Shown here piece after piece: positions 55,352 to 64,000 of a stretch of 64,000 bases of DNA. Numbering within the stretch: position 1 is the first letter of the stretch; every line of letters starts with the position of its first letter. Under the pieces are notes generated by a model. It saw only the letters and a program-made list of their open reading frames with translations. It did no database searches and had not been told where the DNA came from. Both the position numbers and the translations under genes were made by a program. Location: NCBI GenBank assembly GCA_964016885.1, contig OZ024746.1, forward strand, positions 85,994,001 to 86,058,000, in the 5' to 3' direction. This DNA is from Eledone cirrhosa (taxonomy: Eukaryota).

Positions 55352-56022
55352 ACTGGTTATTAGAACAAGTAATAATATTGTGAAATATAATATTGGTTTC
55401 TGATTTAGGCACTAGGCCAACAATTTTGAGGGAGGGCAAAATCAATTAACTCAACCCCAGTGTATTACTGATACGTTATTTTAGCGACCTCGTAAGGATG
55501 AAAGGCAAAGCTAACCTCGGCAGGATTTGAACTCATTTATGAGACATAATATTAACTCGGTAATCGAATGACTCCGCCAAATCGCTGCCATTTGAGATGA
55601 CATCACATATAAAATGCAAAGGCACGGCAAAATTATAGACATTAATTTAACACCTTCATTTCCATATTTCTAATAAAAAACACTGGCTATTATCTTTAAA
55701 ATATTTTGAAAATAACTAAGTGACGTAAATTGTTTGTTAATTTTTTAGCTAGCGCATAGAGTACACAGTCTCCATTTGAGAATGTCAGTTGGCTATACTT
55801 TTCTAGTTTTTATACATTTGGAATGACACATACGCCCACACACACACACACGCATACACACGCGCGCGCGTACGCACACACACACATACACGCATACGCA
55901 CACAGATGTAGACATATACACAGACACACCCATATCCGCACACACACACATATATACACACATATATATAGAGAGAGAAAAAAAGAGACGTACATAAATA
56001 TATATATATATATATATATATC

Positions 56023-56213
56023 GGAAAAAGTATGACCCCGACGGCAGAGCTCAAGCCGTTTCGACGGCTATTTCTGGACTGAAATAGCCGTCGAAACGGC
56101 TTGAGCTCTGCCGTCGGGGTCATACTTTTTCCTATTTCCCAATCTACTACCCTAAGTATTGAGTACTCTGGTGCGTTATGGTCCATCTGATTCCTTACTA
56201 CAATTCCTTTGTT
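56023..56213 (+). mobile_element. Fold-back Penelope-like element, HHR family B, copy 2
   Basis: 52-bp perfect arms (56023-56074/56081-56132), loop TGGACT, tail shared with 3625-3702; lies within (TA)n. Confidence 0.65.
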
Positions 56214-56218
56214 ATACA

Positions 56219-56276
<58 letters not shown>

Positions 56277-56369
56277 TGTAGGAGGTGAGTTTTATTGTAG
56301 TACAATAAAGCAATGCAGATATCGGATAAGTAACACTCTACAGTTTGTAGGACTGGAGTATATATAATA

Positions 56370-56805
<436 letters not shown>

Positions 56806-56972
56806 TATATACACGTATGTTTGCGTGCAGGTGAGAGCGCGCGCCTGTGTATTTAAGTGTCTCTATACAAATACATCAAACTTATGCATACAAAAAAAAA
56901 CCTCATTTTTTGTGTCAGTGTGTTGCTATTTATTTACATTCTGAAACACAACCCCCCTCCCCTCATTCTCCC

Positions 56973-57062
<90 letters not shown>

Positions 57063-57192
57063 ATGTGTGTATGTGTGTAAGTGTGTGTGTATGTATATCT
57101 CTCACCCCTCTCTCTCTTCTTCTCATATACATACACACACAGACGCCTCTCCCTTCTCATATATACATATATACATACATATATATACATAT

Positions 57193-57231
<39 letters not shown>

Positions 57232-57358
57232 TATATATGTTCCTGGTCGTTGAAAGATTAAATAGGAGATATCTCAACACCTCATTATTCTTTTATTTCC
57301 TACTTTTTTATCATTATTTTTCCTTATTCTTTTCCATTAACACCCTACGTCGCATATA

Positions 57359-57449
<91 letters not shown>

Positions 57450-57573
57450 GTGTGTGTTGGTATGTGAGTGTGTATGTATGTATATAAATATACATATATG
57501 TATATATATATATATATACACATACATATATATATACACACAATTTATATAGGTACATACATACACACACTTT

Positions 57574-57621
<48 letters not shown>

Positions 57622-57622
57622 C

Positions 57623-57675
<53 letters not shown>

Positions 57676-58340
57676 TATGTATATAAATACGCACACGCAC
57701 ATATATATATATATATATGTATATATATACATATATGTGTATGTATGTGCGTGTATATGTACTTGCGTGTGTGTGTATGTATGTCTATGTGTATGTACGT
57801 GTGTGTGTGTATGTGTACATATACAATTACACATACACCCTGGTGCCTCTCAAATGCTTTTTAACGACTAACTCTATATAGAAAACTCGTTACTACAGTA
57901 CCAGTAAGTAATGGCAAACAATATACGTCTGTTGATGACAGCTAAGACGACAAAAATATATGGATTTGTTGCACTTGCTTGCTTTGTCAGGAAATAATAT
58001 TAACTAACTCATAATATGATTGCCTAAACAACGTCTTTATCCTTTGTGTAGTTCTTTCTGATATTGTAAACATTGTAATTTATTAAGCACACCATTCCAA
58101 TACCCCCCTCCCCGCTCTGTCAGACACACACAGAAATACACACTTATTTACAAGTATACACATATATAAATAAACGTATAATTATATATACGATATATAT
58201 AAATATATATATACATTCATGCTGATGGCATATACATACACACATTCATACATGATGGCTGTCACCGAAATATATATAGCAGTATATCTATAATTTATAA
58301 TAAACGAAGCCAAATTTTACATATTTGACTTAATTATTTT

Positions 58341-58520
58341 TGCCAGTATCGGTAGAGGGTCGGACGCCATGCTTTCCAGCATAGTTACGTCCCTTTGCGG
58401 TCTGAGTTCAAATCCCGCCGAGGTTAACTTTGCCTTTCATCCTTACGGGGTCGATAAAATAAAGTACCAGTAATGTACTGGGTAATTTATGGCCTTGTGC
58501 CAAAAGTAGAAACAATTATT
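58341..58520 (+). mobile_element. Deu/Nin-like SINE
   Basis: Consensus-like copy lying between two family E hammerhead elements. Confidence 0.8.
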
Positions 58521-58605
58521 TTACATTATTACGGAGTAAACAAACGAACCTGCGTACGAAGTAAAATATGTAAAATTTGGTTGTTTATTACGAATTATAG
58601 ATAAG

Positions 58606-58658
58606 CTGCGATATATATTTCGGTGACAGCCATCATTGGCTGTGACCTCTTCAGGCAG
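58606..58658 (-). ncRNA. Minimal type-I hammerhead ribozyme (family E), intact core
   Basis: Minus strand CTGC-CTGAAGA-GGTcACAGCCA-atga-TGGCTGTcACC-GAAATATATATC-GCAG: canonical G-C at the stem II base, palindromic stem III, AUC site, followed by AATAAA. Confidence 0.82.
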
Positions 58659-58759
58659 TCCGAATTGGTGTGGAAAAGACAGGTAAACATGTTGTTGCAT
58701 ATACATCGATATGTCCAGCTCCTGGTTGTGTTGTTATCCTTCTGAGGAACTGGAATCAT

Positions 58760-61200
58760 AGCCACTGTTTTGTTTTGCGCAGAGGGTTCCGATGACCAAA
58801 TCTTTCTTAATCGATTGTAGTATCCCTGATTACGCGTTCCTTATTACAGATACCATTATAGGATATGTTCTCATCTATCCCCAGGTATCTGTAGCAGTCC
58901 TCATCAGATATCGGTGAAACAGTTAGGCCATTGATACAATGTTGCTAGATTGGGTTGTTGTTTTTCCCCGATTTACAGTCATGTATGAGCATTTATCTTG
59001 GCCAAACTCCATTCCTATATCCTTTGAGAACGTTGTAACCAGGTCAAGATTTTTCTTCATCCCATCCATGTTCTTGGTATAGAGTTTCAGATCATCCACA
59101 AAGAAATTATGGGTTAGGTTCGTATTTCTGTCCCCCTGTGAGCCAATGATGTATCCTTCACATTTCTTGAGCAGATATTTTATTTTATCAGTGAAAATAG
59201 AGTCCTCCTTCTCTGCCTTTAACTTTAGGATAGTAGCCCAAGAAGAAGACAGCTTCTCTATGGCTCTGACAATAATGTCTGGGACTTTAGCAAGTTGGAG
59301 GGCCTCTATCATCCAAGAGTGGGGAACAGAATCGAAAGCTTTCCTGTAGTCCAGCCAGACTATAGCCATATTCCTCCTAAGTTGTCGCACATCCGACATC
59401 GCAGTTTTGTTGATTAGGAGTTGTTCAGCACATCCCCAAACCCCTTCCTTTCCAGCTGCTTGTTCATCTGTGATGATGTTATTATTTTCACAGTGATCTT
59501 GGAGGAATAGGTTCAGGCAGGCTGTATACCTCTTATACATCAGGTTCTGGCATGTAATGGGTCGGTAGTTTTTTTTATCAAGTGGGTGTCTTTGTTCTTG
59601 GGGACCAGTAATGTTTGTGCTAATGTCAACCATTCTGGTATAAGTGTATCTCCCTTAAGAACTTGTTGGTAGAGGTCAGTAAGATACCCTCGATTTAGTT
59701 TTTTTGTACCAGTAGCCGACAATCATGTCTCTTCCTGGTGTTTTCTTATCTTGGAGTTTTCCTATCATAGTCTCAAGGGTTGCCTCACTTATTTCGTATG
59801 TTTTTGTTGAAGTGTAGGCGCAATAGTTCTTTCGGATTTCTTTTAGCCACACTGCATCTTGGTTGAAATTCTTCTTTTCACCCCATATTTTTCTCTAAAA
59901 GGAATCTATGTCTTTTTGGGATGGGGCCTCAGTGACACTTATTATTTTGCCCTTCATATCTCTATAGACTGATGTTTGATTTCGTCTGAATCTTTTATTA
60001 AGCACTTTTCTTTCATCTACCTTCTTCAGGTGTCGGCGTTTTTCGCTAACAGCTCTCAATTCTTGTTTGAGGGTGATCAGCTTATATTGAAGAGTTCTGG
60101 TTCTACTGTTACCAAACATCGTCTCTATTTTATTTTTCACTCTTTGTTGGTGAGGAGTGAGATTTGTTTGTGTTTGTTTGCATGTAAGGAGCATTGTCAC
60201 ATATCCTATGGTTTTTCGTAGGTCAGCAACCTTTTTTTCTATTTTAGTTATATATGATGGTATTTTTGGTGGTGTTTTGTTCTTGTTAATATCTCTGCTA
60301 TCACCAAGATAATGCTTCACTGTCGTTGCTAAGGCATATAAATAGGCGTTGATGAGCCAAAATGTTGGTGTTTTTATCCGTCGTAAATATCCATCCCTAT
60401 TTCGCCAATACACGTAATATTTCATTATTTGTTTTTTTTTTTATTAAACGTTGTCGTTTTAACACGTTCAACAAGAGAGATATTTATACATGAATTAATT
60501 TCTCTCTGGAAGATTTCAATGAGGGAAATTTTCAATTGTTTATACTTTTGATTATTATCATTATCGATAGTATTTTTCACAATAGTCGAGGTAGACTCGG
60601 ATGGTACACCTGGTATCAAATTTCTTCGATTATTATTATTATTTCTTCGATTATTATTATTATCGATAGTGTTTTCCCCAGCATTCGAGGTAGACTTAGA
60701 TGGTACAGGTGGTGTCAAGTTTCTTACAGGCATAGTTGTTTCAAGGCACTGTTTGACCTGGCTGCTAGGAAGTCTATTAGCATGGCGACTTGAAGCACGT
60801 GTTATTGATTCCATGTTTGTTGTGGGGGACTTACAATTAATAATATTTATCTTATTTTTACGTTTATCAAACGTCGCTCGTTGGCGTAATTGCTTCGCTG
60901 TGAAATAATTTAGCTCTGGATGTATTTCGTCCCAGTGTAGCTTCATATAGCCAATGGAGGGATTGTTTTTTTGCCATTTTATAACAATTAAATAAATCAT
61001 CACCCCAAGAGAAATGCGATTTATAATTTCGGTTTCTTCTGTAGCTACAACTGTTGTTAAATTTTGTTTACCTTTCTCGTTTTTCTTAGGTATTCCACTG
61101 ATATTGTTGTTGTTGATGTTATGTTCATCCATGCTGTTTGTAGCAAATCCTTGTAAAATGAATTATGTATTTAGTCGGATATCTCTACGAATTCGAATAA
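58760..61200 (-). mobile_element. Dong/R4-clade non-LTR retrotransposon, 3'-truncated and frameshifted
   Basis: NYRPITCQNLMYKRYT...EQLLINK...WLDYRKAFDSVPHSW...HNFFVDDLKLY...GMEFGQDKC...YRYLGI; upstream ORF pieces 59895-60425 and 60425-61132. The QGDxLSP motif is missing (internal deletion). Confidence 0.82.
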
Positions 61201-61410
61201 AAGGTGTCTTCAGTGGATATAGTTAGAAGAATAACTAGTTATTCAACATGACTGTAGTTGTGGCATTACTGTCGGAGATAGTATTCATCTTAAATTTAAT
61301 AAATAGTCTTCCACGCCAAAATATGCGACTGATCGCGTTGACTGACTGACCATGTATGTATGTATGTATGTATGTATGTATGTATGTATGTATGTATGTA
61401 TGTATGTATG

Positions 61411-61462
<52 letters not shown>

Positions 61463-61924
61463 CAAATGTATGTTTATCTATGTATAAAAAGATAATAATA
61501 AGAAAAAATTAAAATTAAAACTAAATAAAAAGTCCTTATTTAAACAACGGTTAGAGTTGTGTTTACTCCGTGGCAGGACCGGCGCCTCGTTTTAAGCACC
61601 CTTCTTCCAGTCATGCCTAATTTCAAATTACTGTCTAGTAAGCTGACAAACCTACATTTAAAAATATTTGCTCTGACCACAAAAAACCCCCCAAAAACAA
61701 AACAATACAAAACCCGAATTTTCCACTACACTGTTCATAACCAACCACGCCACATCATTTGACAAATCATAACACCATACGACCCTCCTCACCGCTTCTG
61801 ATATTCCCATGATGTTATACACTATATATATATATATATATATACACACACAGCGTCATAATGTCGTAATGCAGACAGCCAGACATACAGACAGATATTA
61901 TAAAGGTGCGACGTTATAGCTATG

Positions 61925-62151
61925 TATCTATCTAAAAAGACAGACTAAGAATTATAGAGAGATCGCTAAACGGCGCCTTAATGCGGTCCCTAGGGCATTG
62001 AAAATTTGAAATACATTTTGCTCAAAACACTCACACGACCATAAGTATTACATGTGTAAAGTTTGAAAACAATCGGTCGGGTGGTTCTCGAGTTTTAGGG
62101 AGTCAGACAGACAGATAGACAGACAGACATTCTCTGTTTTAGATATATAGA
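61925..62151 (-). mobile_element. Helitron-like 5' fragment
   Basis: Minus strand A|TCTATATATCTAAAACAGAGAATGTCTGTCTGTC, typical of non-autonomous Helitron heads. Confidence 0.5.
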
Positions 62152-62375
62152 TAATGCGCCACTTGGCAGCTACCTAGTTGGTTCTTATGGCAGTGCTGGT
62201 CCTCATCTGTGTATAAAAGAGGAGTAGTATGAGGTAGTCATAACAACAGTGGTAACAACACACTGTTTTTGTTGTAAAGAGAGGAGTGGTGTGAGGTAGT
62301 CAAACTACTCCTCTCTCTTTACGTGTTGTGACAGAAATCGCAGAAACTTATATATAGATATTATAGGTTCAATAA

Positions 62376-62525
62376 GGGCGGTGGGTTGGCAGTATCGGTA
62401 GAGGGTCGGATGCCATGCTTTGCAGTACAGTTACGGCCCTTTATGGTCTGAGTTCAAATCCCGCCGAGGTCGACTTTGCCTTTCATCCTTACGGGGTCGA
62501 TAAAATAAAGTACCAGTAATACACT
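62376..62525 (+). mobile_element. Deu/Nin-like SINE
   Basis: Consensus-like head and Deu-like domain. Confidence 0.8.
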
Positions 62526-62704
62526 GTTTTTGTTGTAGAGAGAGAGAGGTTGTATGAGGTAGTCGTAAGAACAGTGGTAGCTGCTCCCTGTTTTTGTTGT
62601 AAAGAGAGAGGAGTGGTGTGAGGTAGTCAAACTACACCTCTCTCTTTACGTGTTGTGACAGAAATCGCAGAAACTTATATATTGCTATTAAAGGTTCAGT
62701 AATG

Positions 62705-62963
62705 CGCCACTCGGCGGCTACCTGGTTGGATCTTATGGTAGCGCCTGTCCTCGCCTGTGTATAAAAAGCACGACAGCCGCTACCTAGTTGATTCTTATGG
62801 TAGCGCCTGCCCTCGCCTGTGTATAAAAAGCACGACAGCCACTACCTAGTTGGATCTTATGGTAGCGCCTGTCCTCGCCTGTGTATAAAAAGCATGACAG
62901 CCGCTACCTAGTTGATTCTTATGGTAGCGCCTGCCCTCGCCTGTGTATAAAAAGCATGACAGC
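62705..62963. repeat. 62-bp tandem repeat, ~4 copies in ABAB order
   Basis: Unit GCCGCTACCTAGTTG(GA/AT)TCTTATGGTAGCGCCTG(T/C)CCTCGCCTGTGTATAAAAAGCA(C/T)GACA. Confidence 0.9.
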
Positions 62964-63221
62964 GTATAAAATGTATTGACTCGCGATGTAATTATATTGA
63001 GGTGTAATTACAGCTGATGTATTTACTGCAATATAATTAATTACCCGTGATGAACTTACAACGAGCCCCGTATCAGGAGGTCTGATTAAGGGACAGCACA
63101 CCCGAGGCGCCATTTTATTTTTAATTAACTGACATTATATAAGCCAGATAGATTATTGTTTGTACGTCTATACATCGTCACCCGTGTTGACACTTCTCCG
63201 CACCCGTCTCCTTACTACACC

Positions 63222-64000
63222 TGTATGTGTGTATGTGTGTATATATGTGTGTGTATGTGTGCGTGTGTGTGTGTATGTGTGTATGTGTGTATATATGTGT
63301 GTGTATGTGTGTGTGTGTGTGCGTGTGTGTATGTTTGTGTGTATGCGTGTGTGCCTATGTTTCTGTGTGTGTGTATGCCTCTCTGTGTATGCATGTATAT
63401 ATGTGTATGTATATATGTATGTGTGTATGTTTGTATGTGCGCGTGTGTGTATGTTTGTGTGTATGTTTGTGTGTATGCGTGTATGCCTATGTTTCTGTGT
63501 GTGTGTATGCATCTCTGTGTATGCATGTATATATGTGTATGTATATATGTATGTGTGTATGTGTGTATGTTTGTGTGTATGCGCGTGTGTGTATGTTTGT
63601 GTGTATGCGTGTGTGCCTATGTTTCTGTGTGTGTGTATGCATCTCTGTGTATGCATGTATATATGTGTATGTATATATGTATGTGTGTATGTGTGTATGT
63701 TTGTGTGTGCGTGTGTGTGTGTTTGTGTGTATGCGTGTGTGCCTATGTTTCTGTGTGTGTGTATGCATCTCTGTGTATGCATGTATATATGTGTATGTAT
63801 ATATGTATGTGTGTATGTATGTATGTTTGTGTGTGCGTGTGTGTGTATGTTTGTGTGTATGCGTGCGTGCCTATGTTTCTGTGTGTGTATGCATCTCTGT
63901 GTATGCATGTATATATGTGTATGTATATATGTATGTGTGTATGTGTGTATCTTTGTGTGTGCGCGTGTGTGTATGTTTGTGTGTATGCGTGTGTGCCTAT
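63222..64000. repeat. (GT/AT)-derived minisatellite with ~126-130-bp higher-order unit
   Basis: Recurring gcctatgtttctgtg...gcatctctgtgtatgcatgtatatatg blocks. Confidence 0.85.

Overview
AT-rich, microsatellite-saturated animal genomic DNA. The SINE repertoire, (TA)n density and TTAGGG repeats suggest an octopod cephalopod (inference, not verified). The only host coding sequence I can support is one 135-bp minus-strand exon (27454-27588) of an SLC6 neurotransmitter:sodium symporter that most resembles the serotonin transporter (SERT). No other exon of it is visible, so the rest of the window is probably two very long introns. These are filled with tRNA-derived SINEs, LINE relics (RTE, CR1/Crack, CRE, Dong/R4), Penelope-like elements (PLEs), Helitrons, hAT/piggyBac/pogo MITEs, minisatellites and interstitial telomeric repeats. 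Nearly all ORFs in the supplied track are microsatellite artefacts. The most striking hidden structure is a set of about 7 sequence-distinct minimal type-I hammerhead ribozyme (HHR) families (complete, half or degenerate copies), mostly beside (TA)n tracts, two of which show stem covariation between copies. Several occur as perfect fold-back palindromes, and several break or pivot at the ribozyme's own stem II or stem III loop. This suggests snap-back self-priming of PLE cDNA at the hammerhead. All structures were folded by eye; none was computed or tested.
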